DNA of 30,844 nt from a virus (Duplodnaviria; Caudoviricetes): IMG/VR virus record IMGVR_UViG_3300030372_004376, positions 1 to 30,844 of that record, one strand, 5' to 3'. A program made the position numbers and the translations under genes. This document shows positions 17,985-26,421 of the stretch, one piece after another. The notes beneath the pieces are model-generated. The model saw only the letters and a list, made by a program, of their open reading frames with translations, ran no database searches and had not been told where the DNA came from. The stretch's first letter is position 1; each line of letters opens with the position of its first letter.

Positions 17985-19059
17985 AGCTTGGTGTTAATGT
18001 TTCATTATATAATTCCATCACTGAAGAGATTAATCTCTCTTTCAGGTCTTGATCATAATCGAGACTGTTAATATAATCTTTAGAAATTTTCATAAGATTC
18101 ATCTGCCCATTAAAATCAGACATAGTACCTTCTTCAAATTCATGTACATGTTCCTCATCATAAATTCTTGGCTCTAATCTTCGTGCTATCCCATCATAAA
18201 AGTCCATGAATCTATTTACATTATATTTTCCTAGAACATTAGAAGGAATAAGGATATCTACAAAATTTCCAGTAAACTCTTCTTTAAGTTCTCCCATCCT
18301 CCTTTCTAAAATATCATTAATGTAAAACCTCTTAAATTTAGGCGAATGAGTATTTTCAATAAATTCATGTTCTCCACTTCCTAAATCTAAAATATAAATT
18401 CCTTTTTGATTATCTCTATCTGATCGTGTCATTTCATAGGGGTTTCCTACTAAAATAAAATTACCTCTTTCTTGTCTATAATGAATATGACCAGAATATA
18501 CCCTTTTGAATTTGGAAAATGTCCTTCTTGTATTACCTCCTTCATGTAAGTATTTGGTCGAAGGAGAAGTTTGAACTCCTCTTGTTTCTGTATGACAAAA
18601 TAAATAATCTATATCCTCAAACTTTTTAAGAGTATCCTTTTCATGTTTACTATCCTTTCTCCACGGCATCAACAAACATTTTGTCTTTCCGTACTTTAAT
18701 AATTTAGGTTCTTTGTAAACTGTAACATTAGGAATATATTTTAAGCAATCTACCGAAGAAATATCATTTGAATTTTTTCTCATGATATCGTGATTACCTA
18801 CTATGATATGTATTTCAGGAAAAACTTTAGAAAGTTCTTCAAAGATTCTTATGGCTAAATCTTGAGCCGCTAGGTTAACACTTTGTCTATTATCAAAGAC
18901 ATCTCCTAAATGATATAAAATATCACCTTTTTTCCAATTCTTTTTTGCAAGAGGTATAAAGAAATTAAAAAAGTAATCTTCAATTAAATTTAACCACATT
19001 ACGGAATTGGCTCTACACCCTAGGTGGGTATCACTAACCATCCATATTCTTTTTGCCAT
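17965..19059 (-). CDS. gp47: Recombination nuclease (T4 gp47 / Mre11 / SbcD)
   Basis: SDTHLG, LGDVFDNR, VGNHD, SGHIH metallophosphoesterase motifs. Confidence 0.95.
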   Translation of the reverse strand: MAKRIWMVSDTHLGCRANSVMWLNLIEDYFFNFFIPLAKKNWKKGDILYHLGDVFDNRQSVNLAAQDLAIRIFEELSKVFPEIHIIVGNHDIMRKNSNDISSVDCLKYIPNVTVYKEPKLLKYGKTKCLLMPWRKDSKHEKDTLKKFEDIDYLFCHTETRGVQTSPSTKYLHEGGNTRRTFSKFKRVYSGHIHYRQERGNFILVGNPYEMTRSDRDNQKGIYILDLGSGEHEFIENTHSPKFKRFYINDILERRMGELKEEFTGNFVDILIPSNVLGKYNVNRFMDFYDGIARRLEPRIYDEEHVHEFEEGTMSDFNGQMNLMKISKDYINSLDYDQDLKERLISSVMELYNETLTPSYEDPQG

Positions 19060-19494
19060 CTAAAATAATTTTCTTATCTTCTTCTTTTCTAGGATGTTAT
19101 ATTTAGCATCCAACTCGGAAATCAACTCATCCTTAAATTTATTGGATAAGGAATTGTAAAACTTATTTGGAAATACATCAAAGTAATCAGAAAGAACTCC
19201 AAATAAATCAATCCGAGTATGATCACTTCCTATTTTTTCAATAATGTAAAAAAATACTTTATTGATTTGTACCTTATTTAATTTTTTAGCTACACCGTCT
19301 TTGGTTACTTTATTCAGTTCTTCAAATTCGGATCCTTTAATGAGTTCATCAATTTTCTTAAGGAGTAAATCATAATGAATACGATCATCCGGATCCATAC
19401 TACTTCCAAAAGCCGGAGCTACTGTAAATTCTATTTTACGATGGTCAAGTTCGGATTGACCGTATGTATTATTAAATATCTTATCTTGTGCCAT
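19060..19494 (-). CDS. Possible late transcription co-activator (gp33-like)
   Basis: C-terminal RIDLF...SLSNKFKDELISE...NILEKKKIRKLF resembles gp33 (YIDA...LISKPLKEKL..EA..LN.LK...KL); recognised by eye only. Confidence 0.45.
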   Translation of the reverse strand: MAQDKIFNNTYGQSELDHRKIEFTVAPAFGSSMDPDDRIHYDLLLKKIDELIKGSEFEELNKVTKDGVAKKLNKVQINKVFFYIIEKIGSDHTRIDLFGVLSDYFDVFPNKFYNSLSNKFKDELISELDAKYNILEKKKIRKLF

Positions 19495-19508
19495 AATCTT
19501 TTATATTT

Positions 19509-20795
19509 TTAATATGAGATATCATCTGTTTCAGTTAACCTCATATGATCATAATCAATTTGGAATCTACATCTATTACCCTTTCCTTGGCCATCTCTAA
19601 TCTTTAGAACCTTTAACCAATACTCACGATTAGCATGCATCATAGTATCCTGGATAAGAGCATACATAACATCAGCGGTATGAGCCAACCCGGCAGATTC
19701 CGCAATGTTTTCCATTTTAATTTCTGTAGAATCCCAGGCTCCTCTAGTTAACTGAGTAGCAGAAATTACTAACATATTATTTTTTACCGCCAATGCTCTT
19801 AAATCTTCAGCGATTTGTTTTATCTTCATATAAGTATTTTCTGTATTAGGATTACGATAGTTAGCTAAAATGTTTATGTAATCAACGATTAAGACATTTA
19901 CTTTATGATCTTGTACTTCTTCTAATTCTTTTAGATATGCTTCTATATCTAAAGTAGTAGCCTGTGAAGTTGGAAATTCTTTTACAAATAATTTACCTGG
20001 TGGCAAAATACCTCTTGTTACACGCTCTATTCTTCTTTTCATAAAATCACGATTAGCAGATTTCTCATCATACTGCATCATGCTTATGTTTAACAAATTA
20101 GAACCTATTCTTTTTAATACTTTTTGTGCAGACATTTCAGCAGTTACGAAAACTACATTATGTCCCATTCTAATAAAATTAGCAGCATCATTAGCTAACC
20201 AAATACTTTTACCTACATTTTGTTCACCTGCATAAACCACTAATGCTTTAGGATCATACCCTCCGCCTGATACATTATCCACAAAAGACCAGCCTGTTTC
20301 CATTTTCTGAGTCTTTCTTTGTATATGATCTTCTGGGTTAAAGAAATCTAATCCTAAATCAGCATCAAAGGTTAAAGAACCATCAGTGGATATCATACCT
20401 ATTGCCCTCTGAACAACATCTTCAACATTATCCGGAGAAATGTTTTGAGTCTTAACATATTCAATGGTTTTAATTAGCTGTTTATCGAAATGTCTCCACT
20501 TAACCCATGATTCACCAGTTCTCTTTAACCAATCCTCATCATATTCAGATAAGTTAATAGAATAAATTTGATCTACTATATCATCTGGCATTTCAGTAGG
20601 ATCATCTGCCACTATAGCCTTCATTTGTTCTTTTGAAGGACTTTCACCAAATGACATAAAGAAACTTTTCGCTAAACCTGCAAGATGGTCAATATCATGA
20701 TTGCTAAAGAATCCTGGTTTAACCGTCTTCAGATAATGCGACTTCTTTAAGAAATAATTAAAGAATATCTTTTCGTGATCCGTGTTTGCGTTCAT
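19509..20795 (-). CDS. gp41: Replicative DNA helicase (T4 gp41, DnaB family)
   Basis: GGYDPKAL, Walker A AGEQNVGKS, TAEMS, VKEFPT, IVDYINI, IAEDLRALA, SATQLTR, AESAGLAHTAD. Confidence 0.95.
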   Translation of the reverse strand: MNANTDHEKIFFNYFLKKSHYLKTVKPGFFSNHDIDHLAGLAKSFFMSFGESPSKEQMKAIVADDPTEMPDDIVDQIYSINLSEYDEDWLKRTGESWVKWRHFDKQLIKTIEYVKTQNISPDNVEDVVQRAIGMISTDGSLTFDADLGLDFFNPEDHIQRKTQKMETGWSFVDNVSGGGYDPKALVVYAGEQNVGKSIWLANDAANFIRMGHNVVFVTAEMSAQKVLKRIGSNLLNISMMQYDEKSANRDFMKRRIERVTRGILPPGKLFVKEFPTSQATTLDIEAYLKELEEVQDHKVNVLIVDYINILANYRNPNTENTYMKIKQIAEDLRALAVKNNMLVISATQLTRGAWDSTEIKMENIAESAGLAHTADVMYALIQDTMMHANREYWLKVLKIRDGQGKGNRCRFQIDYDHMRLTETDDISY

Positions 20796-20806
20796 CTGGT
20801 TTTTTT

Positions 20807-20837
20807 AATAATAACAAGTTTTCAGTTCTTCTGAAAG
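20807..20837 (-). promoter_or_regulatory. Bipartite motif CTTTCAG-N12-CTTGTTATTATT (copy 2)
   Basis: Boxes and spacing identical to 2629-2659. Confidence 0.55.
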
Positions 20838-21137
20838 TTAATATGGGTTTTTAATTATTTGGTAGGTGCTATATGCACTATTACCTCTCACTTCCTTAAG
20901 GAACCCTTTATCCACAAGAAAGGAGATTATTTCTGATGCTTTTTCATCAGTTAAATTGTAATACTTTTTTAGTGAAACATCCGTAAATTCAATCTTAGTT
21001 GCCTTTGGGCGATTGCAATAATCTCTTATGTACTCATAAAGGATATCTTCTGGATCCGGATAAGTTTTTAATGAGGAATGATTTTCAAGAATATACTTAA
21101 CCTTTAATTTTTCAGGATTAAGCGTTTTCTTTAGCAT
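20838..21137 (-). CDS. Hypothetical protein, possibly winged-helix
   Basis: 99 aa; ...ASEIISFLVDKGFLKE...YQI resembles a wHTH recognition helix and wing. Confidence 0.65.
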   Translation of the reverse strand: MLKKTLNPEKLKVKYILENHSSLKTYPDPEDILYEYIRDYCNRPKATKIEFTDVSLKKYYNLTDEKASEIISFLVDKGFLKEVRGNSAYSTYQIIKNPY

Positions 21138-22329
21138 GTTCTTCTGTGTTAATTATATCATTAAGAGCATTTACATCCAATTCTTCAGTTCCATACTTAA
21201 ATCTTTCAGATACAACTGGTTCTAATCTTTGTAAAACTTCATCAGTTAAAACCTCAGGTGTATAAAGTTCTCTTAAATCAACAGATTTGTTTAGATGCTG
21301 TACACAAAGTTTTCTTGCAGTATCTTTAGGTTGGAAATAACAAAATTTTTCTTTTCCTTTATCATCTATGTAATCGTGTTTTCTACATTTACCTTTATCG
21401 ATCTCAGATAATTTTTCGTATTGGTTTGCATTTATCCATCCTCCTCTCTGTATACCGCAAGTATCCCAACTGATATATTCTTCTAGCCCTATATAAGGAT
21501 TCATTCCCTTTTGGAAAGATATGTGAAATTTAATGTTAGTCGGTTTCGCAAATCTATTCTTATTTGGTTTAGCCGATACAATAATTCCTGTTTGTTCAAT
21601 ACCTTCTTTTAATTTTGCCTTTCCTAAAAATAAAATTATAGAAGCTGCATATTCAGGACCTGTACCCCCACCACCAACTTGACGTGAAAATAAGTCTTGT
21701 GTTTGGTAAGTATGATTTGTAAATAAGAAAGGAATTTTACAAATACCAAACTTAGTCATTAAAATTCTAAAAGTAGATTTTAATAATTTAGCTCTTGTCA
21801 TATCCGCTTTACTGCTTCCACTTTTTGCATCATCAATTTCTTTTTGAGTTGCAAGGTTTCCAGCAGAATCTAAGACAATCATAATCTTTGGTAATTCTAC
21901 ACCTTTATTCTTTTGTTCAATTAAAACATCAGTAATCGCTGTCACGGAACTTCTGAATTCTTGAACGGTATTACAAGGTTCATATCTAAATTTAGTAGCA
22001 TCTATTCCGAATTTTTCTACTAAGTCTTTATCCACCGCATTCTCGGAATCATAAAATACAATACTATAACCTTGCTTTTGGGCCTGTTTAATTGCATTCA
22101 ATGCTAAATATGTTTTGCCTGTACCACTAGGCCCAGCTAAGGCCACTGCTCTATTATTAGGATACCCTCCAAATAAGGATCCTGTTAAACAAGCGTTTAA
22201 GTGATAATTCCCAGTTGGAATAAAGTGGTCAATTTCTGAAATTGTTGACTTATCTAATGTATCTCCATATTGGGAGATTTTAGACATCTCTTTATTCAAA
22301 TCTGAAAATGAAAATTGTTTATTTGCCAT
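21118..22329 (-). CDS. uvsX: RecA-like recombinase UvsX
   Basis: FIPTG.YHLNA.LTGS..GG, Walker A AGPSGTGKT, YDSENA, VLDSAGNL, DMTRAK, TNHTY, GGGTGPEYAAS. Confidence 0.95.
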   Translation of the reverse strand: MANKQFSFSDLNKEMSKISQYGDTLDKSTISEIDHFIPTGNYHLNACLTGSLFGGYPNNRAVALAGPSGTGKTYLALNAIKQAQKQGYSIVFYDSENAVDKDLVEKFGIDATKFRYEPCNTVQEFRSSVTAITDVLIEQKNKGVELPKIMIVLDSAGNLATQKEIDDAKSGSSKADMTRAKLLKSTFRILMTKFGICKIPFLFTNHTYQTQDLFSRQVGGGGTGPEYAASIILFLGKAKLKEGIEQTGIIVSAKPNKNRFAKPTNIKFHISFQKGMNPYIGLEEYISWDTCGIQRGGWINANQYEKLSEIDKGKCRKHDYIDDKGKEKFCYFQPKDTARKLCVQHLNKSVDLRELYTPEVLTDEVLQRLEPVVSERFKYGTEELDVNALNDIINTEEHAKENA

Positions 22330-22344
22330 TTTAATTGTTTATTT

Positions 22345-22371
22345 TTATACAAGGAAAACTAGGAATTGTTT
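22345..22371 (-). promoter_or_regulatory. Pre-replicative promoter AAACA-N16-GTATAA
   Basis: Exact motif upstream of uvsX. Confidence 0.7.
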
Positions 22372-23486
22372 TAGAATACCGCTGAAGTATAAATCAGGTT
22401 TCTATTCAATCCTTTGAATCCCATTGCATTGATTACTCTATTGATTGGATCCAGTATTGTTTTTTCAAATTGTGTATCATAGTCAACATCAGGTGCAAAC
22501 TCATAAGGTCTTTCACCAGGTGCATAAGCAAATACATTAGATACTGGATCAGTTGTAAAATACATTTTTAGTTTTTCACCATTTCCTAAAGGTTGATATT
22601 TACCTTTCATATTAGAATTATTATTCAAAAGATAATTATGATACCCAGCTGCTCTTACACCAATAGGACATCTTAACGCTATTTCAAATGAATCATAATC
22701 ATTCGTAATATACTTTTGATAATTATTTACCTTTTTAGAAAAACTAATTTGATCCGTATTAGCCAACTTAAATTGTCTTTTAATATCTTTTAGAATTGCA
22801 ACCAATTCTTTCATATTTAATTTCTCAACAGAAAATATGTATGTTAATAAATCTTTTAATTTTTGTCTTGCAAAAACTGGAGTTGAAGATTGAATAATTT
22901 CAAAACCTTTAGCACTAATTTTACTTAAGTCATCATAATGTAAATCAGGATCTTTCCAAACTATATTTTGCATATACTTTTTCTTCGCTAACCAAATTGC
23001 ATTTTTAGCGATTGATTCCATTTCAAAACTTAAAAAGTTTTCTGCATTATTATCATCTGCATATCTTTGGAGAATTTTTTCAATGTATTCCTTTAATCTT
23101 AACTCATAAAGTTTTAGAATAAAGTCTTTACTATCTCCTTCATAGTCTGTGTTTTTAATAACTTCTTCAAAAGACATATAAATTGAATCAGTATCAATGT
23201 ATATACCTACAGGTTTATTAGGAGGCCCATGTACAGTTATACCTAACTTTTCATGAGTTTGTTTATCATGAATCCAAAAATCTTTGAAATACTTATTGAC
23301 TAATTTTTCTGTATAAAGAATTGCATCCTTACCTTGTAAGGTTATAGTTTCTGCAATATCAACATTAAAGAAATAAAACCACTGGTTCCCAAAGGCTCCG
23401 TATATGGAATTAAGCATTAACTTAACAGCCTGTTCATAATTGTAAAATTTACTTGCCTCTTGCTTAATCTGTTGGAGTTCGGTCAT
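22371..23486 (-). CDS. gp43: Family B DNA polymerase, C-terminal subunit only (gp43B-like)
   Basis: Begins in the fingers: EQAVKLMLNSIYGAFGN (motif B), ITLQG, YIDTDS (motif C), AKKKY, KGFEIIQSSTP; no exonuclease domain and no motif A. Confidence 0.9.
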   Translation of the reverse strand: MTELQQIKQEASKFYNYEQAVKLMLNSIYGAFGNQWFYFFNVDIAETITLQGKDAILYTEKLVNKYFKDFWIHDKQTHEKLGITVHGPPNKPVGIYIDTDSIYMSFEEVIKNTDYEGDSKDFILKLYELRLKEYIEKILQRYADDNNAENFLSFEMESIAKNAIWLAKKKYMQNIVWKDPDLHYDDLSKISAKGFEIIQSSTPVFARQKLKDLLTYIFSVEKLNMKELVAILKDIKRQFKLANTDQISFSKKVNNYQKYITNDYDSFEIALRCPIGVRAAGYHNYLLNNNSNMKGKYQPLGNGEKLKMYFTTDPVSNVFAYAPGERPYEFAPDVDYDTQFEKTILDPINRVINAMGFKGLNRNLIYTSAVF

Positions 23487-23502
23487 CTTTTTTTTATTTT
23501 GG

Positions 23503-23539
23503 AAAAAAGATAAGGCTCCTTAAGAAAAGGAACCTTATC
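23503..23539 (-). terminator. Intrinsic terminator-like hairpin between the clamp and polymerase genes
   Basis: GATAAGGTTCCTT-TTCTT-AAGGAGCCTTATC (13 bp, one G-U) followed by T6. Confidence 0.75.
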
Positions 23540-23553
23540 GAGGGAATGTTGGG

Positions 23554-24306
23554 TTAATCTTCATCTGTGATTGCTACAGCGACTGTTAAAAGTGTATTGG
23601 TATCAAGAGATCTGAACACTACTTTATTATCACATACCATTACTTTGTAATTTTCGCCATCTAAAAGGTTGATATACTTTTTGTATATTACAACCTGTGT
23701 TCCTACTTCAGCATCTCCTTCATACTGATGGCACAGAGTTGCGTCATAAGAACTTCCTTTAACCGCTATTCCTTTTTCACTTACATAAAGTGTAAAGGTG
23801 TCTTCTTCTTTTTCCAAAGAAAATAAAGATTTCATTCTGGCTACATGAGTAGTTAAAAGATCAAATTCGAACATCTTAGCATCTGTATCAAATGCTCTCG
23901 AAATTTCTTCTTTGCTCATTTCCATAAATGATAAGCTTGGATCTGCACAAGCTAAATTTATTTGAAGATTATCATTTTCTAAAATAAAATCACTCGCCAT
24001 ACATTCGTTTTCAATCTCGTTGAATTTAATTCTTCCTCTAAGATCTCCATTAAAATGTGAGAGAGCATCAATTACTTTAGAACCATTGTAAAAGCTTACT
24101 TTGATTGGGTTTTCAATTTCACCTTCAAATAAATCCTCTGTTGGTGTATTTGCCAATTTAACAGCATCTCTTTCTGGAAAATATACAGAAGAAACAGTTC
24201 CTTCTTTAGAAATTTTCAAAAAGATAAACTTATCAATTGGTAATAGTTTTTTAACAAAGGATGTTAAGCCTGAACTATCAATTTTTGTTAATGTGGTTTC
24301 CATCAT
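23554..24306 (-). CDS. gp45: Sliding clamp (T4 gp45-like)
   Basis: 250 aa, acidic, two alpha/beta halves joined by an ADPS linker, INLLDGENYKVMV near the C-terminus (gp45 L..L.G.Y.V); adjacent to the polymerase. Confidence 0.7.
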   Translation of the reverse strand: MMETTLTKIDSSGLTSFVKKLLPIDKFIFLKISKEGTVSSVYFPERDAVKLANTPTEDLFEGEIENPIKVSFYNGSKVIDALSHFNGDLRGRIKFNEIENECMASDFILENDNLQINLACADPSLSFMEMSKEEISRAFDTDAKMFEFDLLTTHVARMKSLFSLEKEEDTFTLYVSEKGIAVKGSSYDATLCHQYEGDAEVGTQVVIYKKYINLLDGENYKVMVCDNKVVFRSLDTNTLLTVAVAITDED

Positions 24307-24328
24307 TTTGATTGTTTTTAATTTATTA

Positions 24329-24355
24329 TTATACTAACTTACTTTACATTTGTTT
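24329..24355 (-). promoter_or_regulatory. Pre-replicative promoter AAACA-N16-GTATAA
   Basis: Exact motif upstream of the clamp gene. Confidence 0.7.
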
Positions 24356-24761
24356 ATGTAACCTCCCAATTTATTTTTTCCCATTTTCCAGTGGTCAAAA
24401 GTTTGAAAGTACCTACATAAGGTTGTTCCCATTCACTGGGAGTGATAAGAGATAAAAATAAGCTCCTATCTTCCCTCTCATATAAATGATAAGGTTCATC
24501 GGTTATAGGTTCAAATGAATAATCAGCTTCATAGACTAATTTAGTCCATTCATATTCATCAACCAATTTTTGATATTCTTCTTTAAGTTCCGTTAATCTT
24601 GAGGAAAAATAATTATCGGCTTTATGAGCCATTTGTTTATTATCGGCTATGGCAGCAAAAGAAGGTGCACCAAGATTAGTAGGATAAGCTTTTTTGTGAG
24701 CATCGAATTCTCCACTCTCTTCATTAAAAACTATGTTATCCGGATACTTCTTCTTTTTCAT
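24354..24761 (-). CDS. DUF2452-like protein
   Basis: YPTNLGAP.F, VYEADYSFEP, YHLYER...FLSLI.P.EW...GTFKL pattern; ATGA overlap with the MTase stop. Confidence 0.7.
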   Translation of the reverse strand: MKKKKYPDNIVFNEESGEFDAHKKAYPTNLGAPSFAAIADNKQMAHKADNYFSSRLTELKEEYQKLVDEYEWTKLVYEADYSFEPITDEPYHLYEREDRSLFLSLITPSEWEQPYVGTFKLLTTGKWEKINWEVT

Positions 24762-26008
24762 ATGATAGGTTGAGTCTTGTAATTCTTAACCTTCTTAGTA
24801 ATCTCTTTATCAGATTCTGTAATTTTTTGTGCTATGTTATCTTGCATCAAGAAAGAACATCCACTATCTCTTAACTCTCCTCTAAGAAATTTCATTACCT
24901 GTTCTGTATAAGCCTGTGCTGTTGTCACCGGTACATTTTGTGCTATATGATTCCAACACCCAGGAGAAACATTCATATCAAAATCATGAGGAAGGCCCAT
25001 TAACCACATACACTCTCGTATGTTTAAGAACCTATCTTCCGTTGGATGAACTAATACATGCATATTCTTTCCGATAATTGCATTTACATACTTGCCTACA
25101 AAGAATGGGCTACTATCCCAGAAACCTTTACCGTCAGCAAGTTTCCTTTTAATATGATCAAGTTTTAATCTTTCCTCACCTTCATAGTCTGGATAATTTT
25201 TATCCATCCAGGCCATTGCATCATCAACCCAACCATTCATACTGATATAATGATATAAGGCTCCGATATAACTTTGGCGAAATTCTAAATCAGTCATTCC
25301 AGTTTTTTCCAAAACATATTCGTAAAGTTTCCAATCGGTCACTGGGTGATTTCTTGTAAAAAATTCATCTTGGTAAGATGCTTCTTTTGGAACTTGAGCA
25401 AGATAATCAATGAGGTCTAGAGATTCTTTAGGTCTCTCCATAAAATCAAATATAGGAGCATTTTTACCCCTCCAAAAGAAATAGAATGTTCTTCTACGGT
25501 GTTGTGGTATTCCATGTAAATATGTATCCGTTTTTACAATACTAAATGAATATCCATGTTGAGCTGCAATTTCTCTTAATTTCTTTCTAACACCTGTTCC
25601 TAACTTAGTATAAAGTCCTGGAGCATTTTCTCCCCAAAAAACTTTAGGTCTCAGGTTCTCTAAAACATAGTGAGCTGATTTGTACATCCAATCATTTTGT
25701 GCAGCATCACTACCTCGAGCCGATGCACTCCCACTAGCATTATTTAACATAGATAAACCTGCACAAGGGCAAACAGTACTTACAAAATCTAAACTTTCAA
25801 AATGTTGTTTCTTTATATCCGGGGTTAATGTATCTTCACCTTCATTAGGAATAATGTGGCTAGGTACATCAGGAAGATATGATTGGATATGAGAATCATT
25901 TTTACCAAAGGCATCCCAGCTAATTAAAAATTGTGGATCTTCCCCCGTAGCTTTTTTATTTGCTACGGTCATTCCACCGATAAGTGGTATTATAGTTGCA
26001 TACTTCAT
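24758..26008 (-). CDS. C5-cytosine DNA methyltransferase with atypical motif I
   Basis: Catalytic PC (CPCAGLS), ENAPGL (motif VI), GIPQHRRRTF (VIII), RFLNIRECMWLMGLP (IX), IAQNVP (X); motif I reads IPLIGG. Confidence 0.88.
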   Translation of the reverse strand: MKYATIIPLIGGMTVANKKATGEDPQFLISWDAFGKNDSHIQSYLPDVPSHIIPNEGEDTLTPDIKKQHFESLDFVSTVCPCAGLSMLNNASGSASARGSDAAQNDWMYKSAHYVLENLRPKVFWGENAPGLYTKLGTGVRKKLREIAAQHGYSFSIVKTDTYLHGIPQHRRRTFYFFWRGKNAPIFDFMERPKESLDLIDYLAQVPKEASYQDEFFTRNHPVTDWKLYEYVLEKTGMTDLEFRQSYIGALYHYISMNGWVDDAMAWMDKNYPDYEGEERLKLDHIKRKLADGKGFWDSSPFFVGKYVNAIIGKNMHVLVHPTEDRFLNIRECMWLMGLPHDFDMNVSPGCWNHIAQNVPVTTAQAYTEQVMKFLRGELRDSGCSFLMQDNIAQKITESDKEITKKVKNYKTQPII

Positions 26009-26421
26009 ATTCTTCTATTTTTTAATTCCCAACCCTTCATCTCATCGTAATAATCAATCACAATCTCCTCATCTTTTTTAATATCTTTAAGTGTGTAGTA
26101 AATAATTAGTTTGTTTACTTCATCACAATACCAATTGGCATTACATTGTTCTTTAGGTAATGTATTATAGACACACCCTAAACCAAAAGGTATCATAATC
26201 TCTGCATGAGCCGTGTCTCTTGGAAAGGCAAAACCATTACACCTTAAAGTAGGTAAGGTCACTGCTTCAAAAAAATCTCGAGGCATAAAAAGACCATGAG
26301 ACTGTTCTAAGATAATTCCTTTCTCAATATCTTCTTTGGCAAAAACACCCCATCCGTGGAGGGGGCTTTTTCTTGCTTCAATTCTTTTTGAACTAAATAA
26401 CCTATCTAATTTTTTACTCAC
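26005..26421 (-). CDS. Stand-alone SET-domain methyltransferase
   Basis: KSPLHGWGVFAKEDIEKG, G.VYN, DIKKDEEIVIDY SET motifs. Confidence 0.85.
   Translation of the reverse strand: MSKKLDRLFSSKRIEARKSPLHGWGVFAKEDIEKGIILEQSHGLFMPRDFFEAVTLPTLRCNGFAFPRDTAHAEIMIPFGLGCVYNTLPKEQCNANWYCDEVNKLIIYYTLKDIKKDEEIVIDYYDEMKGWELKNRRI

Noticed and set aside
19057-19062. In-frame TAG-ATG junction that would fuse the gp33-like ORF to gp47 if TAG were recoded
   Set aside because: All core genes are intact in code 11 with no internal TAG/TGA, so there is no evidence of recoding; the ORF also ends in a plausible terminal KLF motif.
23487-23553. Intron, intein or frameshift explaining the truncated polymerase
   Set aside because: Only 67 nt separate it from the clamp gene, and no upstream polymerase motifs appear in any listed ORF.
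24758-26008. Restriction-modification system
   Set aside because: No adjacent endonuclease; the context is phage sugar and DNA modification.
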